From assembly GCF_036971445.1 (NCBI RefSeq), contig NC_091476.1, positions 157,604,001 through 157,668,000 of the forward strand: a DNA stretch of 64,000 nt, given 5' to 3'. Source of the DNA: Narcine bancroftii. Lineage: Eukaryota. Below are positions 38,434 through 48,677 of this stretch, piece by piece (within the stretch, counting starts at the first letter, position 1; every line of letters begins with the position of its first letter). The notes under the pieces are model-generated. The model saw only the letters and a list, made by a program, of their open reading frames with translations, was not told the origin of the DNA and did no database searches. Made by a program: the position numbers and the translations under genes.

Positions 38434-40069
38434 CTAAAGGTCAAGACAAACAAAAAAGGAAATTGCAACTCCCGAATTGTAATACACATTTTCAGCCTCA
38501 TACTGAGGTCCAAACAAATATGTTGTGATGAGTTATAAGAAAAATTAATCAAAATTTATATTCAAATTAAATAATAGACTTGATTCTTTTTGCTGAACCA
38601 TTCAATGATTCGAATTTAATTTCATCCTAATTGCTAAAACTGATGGTGCCAATACCTGGTACAAAATTTCTTCTTTTAACAAAACCGTATTCATTCTGAG
38701 TTCTGGGTATACCAACAACAGTATCTGTAACAGCCTTATTTATTTTCAAGGAGTGAACTGCCTTCCTGCTGAAGGTGCTCCACAATGCTGTTAGGAAGAG
38801 TATTATGCCTTGATAATTTGTCTTGACTCAAGGTGTTGGCTATTCCTTTTCCTCCTCAGACGCTGAGTTCATCCAGCAGTTTAAAAAAATTTCTTTTAGG
38901 TTCCACCATCTTCAGAGTGCAGGCCTTTTTATGGTGAAAACCCACATTAAAGCTGGCTGAAATTTAAATAAAAGGCAATTTTATCTTTTATGGTGACGAC
39001 CTATAATGAGGATCCTGCGTTGCCTTTATGAAGAACAGAGTTGGGAGCTGGCTTCCAGTGCAGAGGGACACAGGGCAAGTGGTGCAGCAGTGCCGCCCGC
39101 ACCGTGATATCAAATATATGCGCCGGGAAGTGAAAGTGTAGAGCTTGCAGATGGGTACAGCATTGTGTTTTTACTATATTGACCTGCAGTTTCTCCAGCA
39201 TTGTGTGTTTTCACTTTAAAAATTGTGCTTGGGTCGAGGGCTGATGGCATCGCGATGACATCATCAGCCCTCCCCTTTGCAGCTGCTTTCAGTGATATTC
39301 CTTTCATGGAGGAGATGGAGCGACTATACTCCACCTTTAAGTGTACCCCCCCAGGCTGATGTAAGCTGGAGCATATTCCAGCAGTCCACCCGCCTTCGGA
39401 GCTTTTCTGGAGGTAAGTGCAGCAATGTAAAGATGGCGAATCTCTGTCTTTATATTTGCCTTTTATTTCTTTATAAAATGGACTTATGTCATACAATCAA
39501 ATGATACTTTGATGTCAAAGCATTTCAATTCCCCTCTGGTTTTCAGCTCCTTAATCCATGGTTGGACGAGGCTGTGATGAGTATGAAGCTGAATTGTTCC
39601 AGCAAAATCTAAACTGGAGATCAGAGACTAGGTGGTTAAGTGTTATTTGATGGCATTGTTGTTGGTGTCTTTCAGTCCCTTTGCTAATGACGGGATGGTA
39701 ATTTGTTCTGCTTTTTATAAAAATGATATTCTGGAAAGTTTTCCACAGTACTGTGTAAATGCTAGTGATGTAAATGCACCGTAAGGGTTTGGCTTGAGAT
39801 ATGGCTAGACCTGGACCTTAGATCTTCATTAGTATTGCTCAGTGTTTCCCTTGATGCCCATTAATTTCAGTTTTACCATAGCTCCTTGCTGACATATTCC
39901 GTTAAATGCTGCCTTGCTTTTGAGAGCAGTCACTTTCATTTCCGATGTAGAATTCTGCTTAAACAAATAGAAGCACATCCATCTCATTTGCTGCACATCA
40001 ATGACGTACTGAATCTATCATAAATATCCTGATGTCTCACGTTATGTAAAATGTCGAACAAAAATAGAA

Positions 40070-40295
40070 CATGACAGCACAGTACTGGCCCTTCAGCCCT
40101 CAATGTTGCACCGACCCATATATTCCTTAAAAAAAACCTAAACCCTTTCTACCCCTGAGGCCCTCGATTTTTATTTCATCCATGTGCTGTCTAAGAATCT
40201 CTTAAATGCCCTTCATGTTTCAGCCTCCACCACCATCCTTGGTAAGGCATTCCAGGCACCCACAACTCTCTGTATAAAAAAACTTACCCCTGATG
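40070..40295 (-). mobile_element. CR1 3' end fragment
   Basis: Similar to 43635-43950 and to the reverse complement of 56560-56780. Confidence 0.7.
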
Positions 40296-41306
40296 AAGTA
40301 TTCAAATACACATCAAGATGCCCTATTTCAGCAGACATGATAGGCAAGTTAAATGGCAAAATATTTAATGAATTGAGATGAAAACAGGGCATAACCAGTC
40401 CAATTTTGTACCTGTAAATGTATTGTTTCAATTGATGGAGTACCTCCAAATATACTCTGGACCTTTGTGTTTCAAGATCTTTATCTATATCTCGGATATT
40501 GCATATATTATGAATTTACTACTACGTCACATAGTATGAATTTCTTTGAACAATAATGAAACCATATCAGCAAATGTAGGAATCATTTTGTGTTTAAAAG
40601 GTCCATCAGTAATTTTAGTGACACCCAATGGGTATTGTTGATCAGTAGTCCAATCTTTATGGAAAGTTAATGCTCATTAGAAATGCAGCCCTTATGTGAT
40701 ATCACACCCAAATTGTCCCAACTTTGAGAATTGCTGAGAAAGATCAATCTCTAGTAAGTCAAGTGTAACTAAATCAAAACCTCCTTATTCAGAGAGAATA
40801 GATCAAACTGAACCAAACAGATGCATTGCTATTTCCTTACCATGTGACATGTTGCAATAAGTTATAAGAAAAAGATTTTTAAAATAACATACAAATTAGA
40901 CTTGATTCTTTCTGCTACACCATTCAATTTAATTTCATCCTTTTTGCTGAAAGAGATGGTGTCAACCCTTGGTGCAAAACTGTCAACAAGCATGTTGCTA
41001 ACAATATTAACTTGCTAATTTGAATCTTTAAACCTTTAAATAATATTTCAGATTAAAATAAATGATGAGATCTGTTTTACTGCTTATTAATTCAAAAATC
41101 TATTAAGTTTCATTATTTAAAAATTATATTTAAGGGGTAATCACATTGTCTAACACAGAAAAAGGCAACATTTTATTCAAGATAGAGGGTTAACCATTTA
41201 TTTCATTTAAGGAATCTTATTTCTGAATTTCCCATTTATAAATTGCTACAAAGAATTCTATTTTATAGCAAGTTTGGAATCAATTTTTACAAAATACTTC
41301 AAAAAC

Positions 41307-41432
41307 CTTTTTTTTCTCTTCCACCTTCAGCTCCCATTCTAATCGTGCTCTTTTGGACTCCCAGTTAGCTGGTAGCTTCAAAATTCTGTCCTCTTCTGCC
41401 ACTGCCTGGTGATTCAATTTCCGAGATTCATT
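41307..41432 (-). CDS. SYF2: SYF2 coding exon 3
   Basis: ttgcag|AAT...AAG|gttttt; [42 protein letters not shown]. Confidence 0.95.
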
Positions 41433-41532
41433 CTGCAAATAAAGAGTATAAATCCAAAATGTCTCAATTAATCTAGCACAGTGATAGAAAAGATACATCT
41501 TCGGAATCTTTAACAGGAGAAATATTTCTCAC

Positions 41533-41637
41533 TCGTTTAAGATGGAGATCACGGAACTTCTTCAGTCTTTCTTCCCGTTTCTGTGCAGCTGAGGTCTCAC
41601 CCTCTGCATTGGTACAAGGGGCATCCAGCAACTGTGT
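41533..41637 (-). CDS. SYF2: SYF2 coding exon 2
   Basis: ttctctcaacag|ACA...CGA|gtgaga; TQLLDAPCTNAEGETSAAQKREERLKKFRDLHLKR; an in-frame alternative acceptor lies 6 nt downstream. Confidence 0.92.
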
Positions 41638-42037
41638 CTGTTGAGAGAAAACAAAATTCTTACACATTAAAATTTATTTTCAAAAATGAAAATTTCCATG
41701 AGCTTTGATGCAGAAGAAAATATGGACATAAAGTTAATATGTGTATTGAAAGAAACATCTAGGTGTTGAACAATAAGAGGAAATTTGAGGGAACATGGCC
41801 GAGGAAGAAAAAAGACAAGATTTTTAAAAAAGTAACCTGAGGTGGATGGAGAGAGGTTGTCATTTGTTTGAGGAAGTGGCTGGAATGCCACAGTTGGGGT
41901 CTGAAGACTGTTTAAGGGGTGGATAAAGTTTCAGAGGTAGGAAGGATGAGGATCTGGGCCACACTTTAACCTTATGATAAATCTATTTATTACCAATCTC
42001 TCCAGCACCAAATATTTACAAGCTTGGGGTTGCAATA

Positions 42038-43625
42038 ATAGAACCACAGAACAGAGACAAGTCCCTTTGGCCTTTCTAGTCTGTGCTGAACCATTTTTTG
42101 TTTAGCTTAGTCCCTCTAACCTGCACCCATTCCATAGCTTTCCATACCTCTCCCATCCATGTACCTGTCCAAATTCTTCTTAAATGTTAAAATTGAGCCC
42201 ACATACACCATCTCTGCTTTCTACTAGTTCCACACTCCCTCCACTCTCTGTATGAAGAAGTTGTCTCTCATGTTCCCCCTAAACTTTTGCCCTTTCACTC
42301 TTATCCCATGTCCTCTGGTTTGTATCTCACCTACTCTCAGTGGAAAAAGCCTAACTACATTAACTCTGTCTATCCCCCTCATAATTTAAAATACCTCTAT
42401 CAAATCTCCCCTCATTCTTCTATGCTTCGGGGAATAAAGTCCTGATCTGCTTAACCTTTCCCTGTTACTTGGTTCCTGAAGTCCAGACAACATCCTAGTA
42501 AATCTTCTCTGTACTCTTTATCTTAATGATAAACAGCACCTAATAGCCTGAATACACCTGAGATTGTCTGATCTCGGAAGCTAAGCAGGGTCAGGACTGG
42601 TCAGTATTTGATGGGGAGGCTGCCAAGGAACACCAGGTGCTGGAGGTTTCTGTGAGGGGCACTGGATAAAGTGGTGACTCTCTGCCTGCCTTGTGGTAGC
42701 CAAAAGTCACAGAATTTCATGTATATTACATTCTAAATGTAGTCTTATGTGACAATAATGGAACCTTATTTTTCCTGTGGTTAGTTAAGGTCACCAAAAC
42801 TGCACACAATACTCCAAATTTAGCCTCATCAATGCTTTATACAACTTTACCATTACATCCCAGCTCTTATACTCAATACTTTGATTTATGAAGGCCAATA
42901 TGCCAAAAGCTCTCTCTACAACCTTACCCACCTGTGATGCTACTTTCAGGGAATTATGTATCTGAATTCTCAGGTCCTTCTGTTCTACTGCACTCCTCTG
43001 TGCCCTACCATTCTTTATTGGTTTGTTCTTCCAAAGCACCTCACATTTGTCTGCATTTTTACCGCTGGTCCAGATCCCTCTGGAACCTTTGAAAACCTTC
43101 TTTGCTGTCCACAATACCTCCAATCTTATGGTCATCTGCAAACTTGCTAATCCAATTGACCACATTATCATCCAGATCATTGATAAAGATGACAAACAAC
43201 AATGGTCCCAGCACTGATCTCTGATGCACAACACTAGTTAAGGTCTCCAGCCTGAGAAGCAATCATCCACCACTATTCTCTGGCTTCTCCCATCCAGTCA
43301 TTGTCAAATCCAGTTTACTACTTCACCATGAATACCTAGCGTCTGAATCTTCCTGACTAACCTCCCATGAAGGACCTTGTTAAAAGCCTTACTAAACTCC
43401 ATGGAGACAACATCCACAGCATTTCCTTTGTTAACTTTCCTGGTAACCTCGTAGAAAAACTCTATAAGATTGGTTAAACTTGTCCTACCACACACAAATC
43501 CATGTTGACTATCCCTAATCAGTTTCTGGCTATCCAAATAATTGTATATCTGATCTCTTAGAACACCTTCCAATAATTTACCTACTACTGATGTCAAGTT
43601 CACTGGCCTATTATTTCTACAGTTA
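42038..43625 (-). mobile_element. CR1-clade LINE fragment covering RT and 3' end
   Basis: LTSVVGKLLE, QHGF..GRTSLTNLIEF, FSKAFNKV, SVLGPLLFVIFINDLD, KFADD and LEYCVQFW in shifted frames. Confidence 0.9.
42532..42767 (+). mobile_element. 5S rRNA-derived SINE (SINE3-like) or 5S pseudogene with tail, inserted into CR1
   Basis: gtctgatctcggaagctaagcagggtcaggactggtcagtatttgatggggaggctgccaaggaacaccaggtgctggaggttt aligns with vertebrate 5S rRNA; followed by about 115 bp of non-5S tail. Confidence 0.85.
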
Positions 43626-43634
43626 CTTCATAGA

Positions 43635-43950
43635 TAGAACATTATAGCACAGTAGAGGCCCTTCAGCCCTTGTTGTTGTATTGAAACCCATGTAGACCTT
43701 AAAAACATACTAATCCCTTCTAACCCCTATCCCATAACCTTCTATTTTTCTTCCATCCATGTGCCTAAGAATCTCTTAAATGCCCTGAATAATTCAGCCT
43801 CCACCACCATCCCTGGCAACTCTCTTCTGTGTTTAAACAAAAAACCTTACCCCTGATGTCTCCCCTAAACTTCCCTCCCTTCACTTTGTACGTATGTTCT
43901 CTGGTGTTTGCTATTCCTGCCTTAGGAAAAAGGCAATGGCTGTCCACTCT
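43635..43950 (-). mobile_element. CR1 3' end fragment
   Basis: ORF2 C-terminal remnant (TREHTYKVKGGKFRGDIRGK) plus 3' UTR. Confidence 0.75.
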
Positions 43951-44094
43951 ATCCTTCAGCCTTAACTATCGATGATTTATTAAATAATTTTTTTCTTTTA
44001 AATCAACTTTAATTTCACTTTCTGAACTTCACTTGACACTGAATTCAATAGTCTTATTTATACACAGCACAGACTGTTAGCAATTTTGCACATT

Positions 44095-44295
44095 GGGTGG
44101 CATGTTAGGCAAATCACTAGAGCTCCATCAATCAGGGTTTGAAACCGGAGCTGTCCATAAGGAGTTTGTACATTCTCTGTGTCTGCATGGGTTTACACCA
44201 GGTGCTCCAATTTCCTCCCACCCTTCAAAAACTTACTGATGTTGTAGGTCAATTGGGTGGCACCGGCTTGTGGGCCTTTCACTGTGTCGTCAGTC
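44095..44295 (+). mobile_element. tRNA-derived SINE (V-SINE-like)
   Basis: Related to 23548-23775 (ctgtccataaggagtttgtacattct..gggttt..ggtgctcc..tttcctccca). Confidence 0.6.
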
Positions 44296-44529
44296 AAAAA
44301 AAATGTCTTTTTACCTGTTACAGGATTCACCTGCTCAAAGGCAGACATTGGTCATTTTCATATTCTATTTGCAGCAATTAATTTGCTTGCACAAATTGCA
44401 TTTTCTTGTCACCAATTGCTTGTGGGACACAGTCCAAACAAAGAATATTTGCAAACTACCATCCTAAAAGATCCTGACTTTTTTAAAACTTTGCTCATTC
44501 TTGGCCCTACTTCATTTTTCTCTGCCAAA

Positions 44530-45870
44530 TTTTTTTTTTTGAAAGTTTTATTTATTAAATCATGGTTAAACATACAATAATGGATACAGCTTAGAAAAAC
44601 AAAATACATACATGATATTTTTTATGTAAATAATAACCCCTACAACTCTCCATCACCCAACCCCCTCTAATCTACCCCCAAAAAGAAAGAGGAAATCACA
44701 TAACATAAAATTCATCAATTAATTACCATGGTTCGGAACAACACCACTAACATGTGGAAAGAAGATTTAATAATTCAACCCCATGTAATCCAAATATTGG
44801 CTCCAAGTTTTATAAAAAAAATGGAATAATTATTATGTAAATTATAGTTAATCTTTTCCAATGGAATACAAGATCTCATCTTCATATACCATCTCTGAAT
44901 ACTCTAATTTTTCCAAGTAATTGCCAAACATTTTCTAACCACAGCTAAAGCCAGTCGCAAAAAAACAATTTGAAATTTATATAATTTTAATTTCAAACTT
45001 AATCTTTTAATATAACCTAACAAAAATACTAAAGGATCTAGTGGAAGTTTCAATTTAAAAATATCTAAGAGTTCCTTAAATCTATTCCAAAAGATGGTTT
45101 CACCATCTCGCAACCAAGTAGAATGTAAAAAAAGAGTCTATTTCCTTATGATATCTAAAACATAAATCTGAGGAAATAAACTTATATTTCCTTAATTTCT
45201 CTGGAGTTAAATATAATTGATAAATAAAATTATAATGAACATTACATTTAGAATTTTAGTAATACTATCCAATCATCCTGAGAAATAGATATAGCTAAAT
45301 CTTTTTCCCATTTTTATCTAGATTTATGAATATCCAGTTTAAGCATTTTATTCTGTAAAAGAGCATTCATCTCATATTTAAATCCCTTCTTGCCACCTTC
45401 AGTAAGTAAAATTTCAAACTTAGATTGTCTAGATAACTGTAAAGTACATCCAAAATTATCCAACAATAAGGCTTTGATTTGATAATAAGAAAAAGTATGA
45501 GAGGATATATATTTCTTTTTCATTCTTTGAAAACATCCTGCTTCTTTACATTCTTGCACCAATTTAATACCCTTTTGATCCCATAATTTTAAAAGTTGAT
45601 TATTAAGTGTAAAAGAAAAAAGCTCATTTTGATACAGATCCATCTTCTTCTCACCAAACTGAGATAACACCACATCAGCCCATATCAAAGGTTTATCCAC
45701 TTCAAACATCCTATTAATAAATTTCAACTGTGCTGATTCATAATAATTTTGAAAGTTAGGGTGTTTCAAGCCTCCTAATTCATAGTTCCAAGTTAATTTC
45801 TGTAATGATACCCTTACGATTTTATCTTTCTATAAAATTTTCCTCACCAAAGCATTTAAAACTCTGCCAA
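44530..45870 (-). mobile_element. L1/Tx1-like 3' fragment
   Basis: GGLKHPNFQNYYESAQLKF and LPLDPLVFLLGY, homologous to 62080-63250; poly-T tail at 44530. Confidence 0.85.
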
Positions 45871-46134
45871 ATTCTTCACCTGCATTTTTCTTTATGCACA
45901 ACTGGCCTCCAAAAGCGTTCATCCTTGAAATGAGCCTGTATGGTAAGTCAGACCATGACAATAACTGATTCAGTATTACAGGTACTCTAAATCTATTTTT
46001 ATCTATTGCTTCACATCTCTAACTCCTAACCTCTGCAACTTCCCATTCATCGCAACCCATTTTTGCTATATTTTTTCTCATTGGTTCAAGTTTGATCATT
46101 GTCCTCATTCCCCTTCTTTGGTTTTATGGTAACC

Positions 46135-46336
46135 TTTGTCAAATTACTCTATTACCTTGCCTCTGGATATTTTTTTTACCGCATTATACACATTGAGCTG
46201 TTAAAAAGTGTGCTGAGAATCACAGAAAGATCAGTGTTTGTCAAATTACTCTATTACCTTGCCTCTTGATATTTTTATTAACCGCATTATACACATTGAG
46301 CTGTTAAAAAGTGTGCTGAGAATCACAGAAAGATCA
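46135..46336. repeat. Tandem duplication of about 102 bp
   Basis: tttgtcaaattactctattacc...cacagaaagatca at 46135 and again at 46237. Confidence 0.9.
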
Positions 46337-46449
46337 TTGCAGTTTGTCAATCTTTAATTCATAATACACTTCAAGCTGAGTGCAGTAGCCAACCATTTCA
46401 GTTCTGTGTCACACTCTCACGTCTGTTCATGGCCTCGTACTATCCCACC

Positions 46450-46825
46450 AACACCACCTGTACATTGGGGGAACAACACTTGCTTTTCCGTCTGGGCACT
46501 CTCCAACTAGATGGCATTAACACAGGCTTTTCGAGTTTCTGCTAACCTGCTCTCCTTGTGTTCACCCCCCCCTTCCTTCCCTTTCTATTCACCTAGCTAT
46601 CCCTCCTCCCCATCGCTTGCTGCTGTCCCCTTCCTCTCTTCACCAATTACCTCCTGACCACACCTCTTCTCCACCCCCCCCCCCACACCCACCCCTTACT
46701 CTTTTGTTTGGTTGCCTGCCGACATTTTTCCATAATCGATGAATGGATTTAAACCCAAGAGGTCGGTTCTGTATCTTTACCTTTGCTATTTAAAGGACAC
46801 TGTTTGACCTGCTGAGTTTCTCATT
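46450..46825 (+). mobile_element. Penelope-like element 3' end
   Basis: Remnant LGEQHL.FRLGTLQLDGIN, typical of the C-terminus after the GIY-YIG domain, followed by the terminal repeat. Confidence 0.6.
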
Positions 46826-47308
46826 TTCAGATTTTCATGGTTTACTTTTGCCGAAGAGTGGGATGAGGGTGAATTACAGTTTCTTTCAGGCTCTTACAAC
46901 GTGCCGAATAAACACGATCTGCGTCAGAATTTCTCCGAGTTCACTTCGAGCCACATTCATACCCTTAATGACGCCCACTTTACTGGGGGGGGGGGGGGGG
47001 ATAAAAACCGAAAGAATGGTTCCAATTTACGGTCAAGATGATTTTCTTCAGGACGACTTTCTCGCTTAGTTTACTGAACTTCCTCGGTGAGATGGCCTGG
47101 CTTTTGGATACATTTATTAGGCCTGACCGTTCGGGGTTCATAGGACATGGAAAGCCTCTGAGCTCCGCCGACTCAACAAACACCCAACGTCTCATTCATC
47201 AAGCCACCCCCCACCCCCCACCCCCCACCCCGATTGCACGACTCACCGAACACCCAAAGTCTCATTCATCAAGCTAACCCCCCCCCCCTCCCCGATCGCA
47301 CAGCTCAC

Positions 47309-47326
47309 CTCACAGAACTCCGCCAT
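47309..47326 (-). CDS. SYF2: SYF2 coding exon 1
   Basis: aaagATGGCGGAGTTCTGTGAG|gtgagc (MAEFCE) in a CpG-rich region; phase 0 to exon 2; total CDS 723 nt = 240 aa. Confidence 0.8.
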
Positions 47327-47470
47327 CTTTCTCCCGTCTCCAGGAGTGCCGGAGTGACGCAATAATCAGGCGTCGCCAAGTGAACCGGGCAAGGTTTGAC
47401 GCAGTCGACTGACGTCACTGCGCGGCATCTGAGGCACGGAGGTCGGGCCCGTCGCCTTCAGTTCTATCTT
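47320..47470 (-). promoter_or_regulatory. SYF2 CpG-rich promoter with CRE/ATF sites
   Basis: Palindromic TGACGTCA at 47410-47417; TGACGCAAT at 47355-47363; YY1/TISU-like AAGATGGCGG over the ATG. Confidence 0.65.
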
Positions 47471-47837
47471 GGTGCGTGCTGCAAGGGTCCAAGGCGTTGA
47501 GTGGTGCGACCACCTCTTGTGACAGCCTTCTGAACTAAAGGTGACAAGGGCTCATGCTGGAGAACGTCGGCCGCCTCCGTTGCACTCGACCACAACCATC
47601 TGCAGAACGTGCTGGTTGAACCCTTGAGGTGCTGAAGTTGTCTGAACAGAGAGTGCTGGAAGTGCCCAGCAGGTCAGGCAGCGGCTGGAGGGTGGGGGTT
47701 GCTTCCTGACCAAAACAAATTGGGGATTATGATGGACAATTCCAAGCTGAACGCAAAGTGTTGCTGCCTCACGTAGGAAGTTGGAGAGACATTCAATGAA
47801 CTTTTATTGAGTTTAGTAGGTTTAATGTGATGCTGAT

Positions 47838-48640
47838 GTCAACCAGTTTACCTATCTCGGCTGCACCATTTCATCAGATGCAAGGATCGACAATGAGATA
47901 GACAACAGACTCGCCAAGGCAAATAGCGCCTTTGGAAGACTACACAAAAGAGTCTGGAAAAACAACCAACTGAAAAACCTCACAAAGATAAGCGTATACA
48001 GAGCCGTTGTCATACCCACACTCCTGTTCGGCTCCGAATCATGGGTCCTCTACCGGCATCACCTACGGCTCCTAGAACGCTTCCACCAGCGTTGTCTCCG
48101 TTCCATCCTCAACATCCATTGGAGCGCTTTCATCCCTAACGTCGAAGTACTCGAGATGGCAGAGGTCGACAGCATCGAGTCCACGCTGCTGAAGATCCAG
48201 CTGCGCTGGGTGGGTCACGTCTCCAGAATGGAGGACCATCGCCTTCCCAAGATCGTGTTATATGGCGAGCTCTCCACTGGCCACCGTGACAGAGGTGCAC
48301 CAAAGAAAAGGTACAAGGACTGCCTAAAGAAATCTCTTGGTGCCTGCCACATTGACCACCGCCAGTGGGCTGATAACGCCTCAAACCGTGCATCTTGGCG
48401 CCTCACAGTTGGCGGGCAGCAACCTCCTTTGAAGAAGACCGCAGAGCCCACCTCACTGACAAAAGGCAAAGGAGGAAAAACCCAACACCCAACCCCAACC
48501 AACCAATTTTCCCCTGCAACCGCTGCAATCGTGACTGCCTGTCCCGCATCGGACTTGTCAGCCACAAACGAGCCTGCAGCTGACGTGGACTTTTTACCCC
48601 CTCCATAAATCTTCGTACGCGAAGCCAAGCCAAAGAGAGA
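47838..48640 (+). mobile_element. RTE-clade LINE, 5'-truncated, young
   Basis: Near-identical to 9658-10455, with one frameshift near 48410. Confidence 0.9.
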
Positions 48641-48677
48641 GAAGATGTATTGCATTAATTCTACTTGCCTAAAATGT

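Noticed and set aside
42535-42650. Functional 5S rRNA gene
   Set aside because: It has many substitutions and a degraded 5' end, is single-copy, is embedded in a CR1 element and carries a retroposon-like tail.
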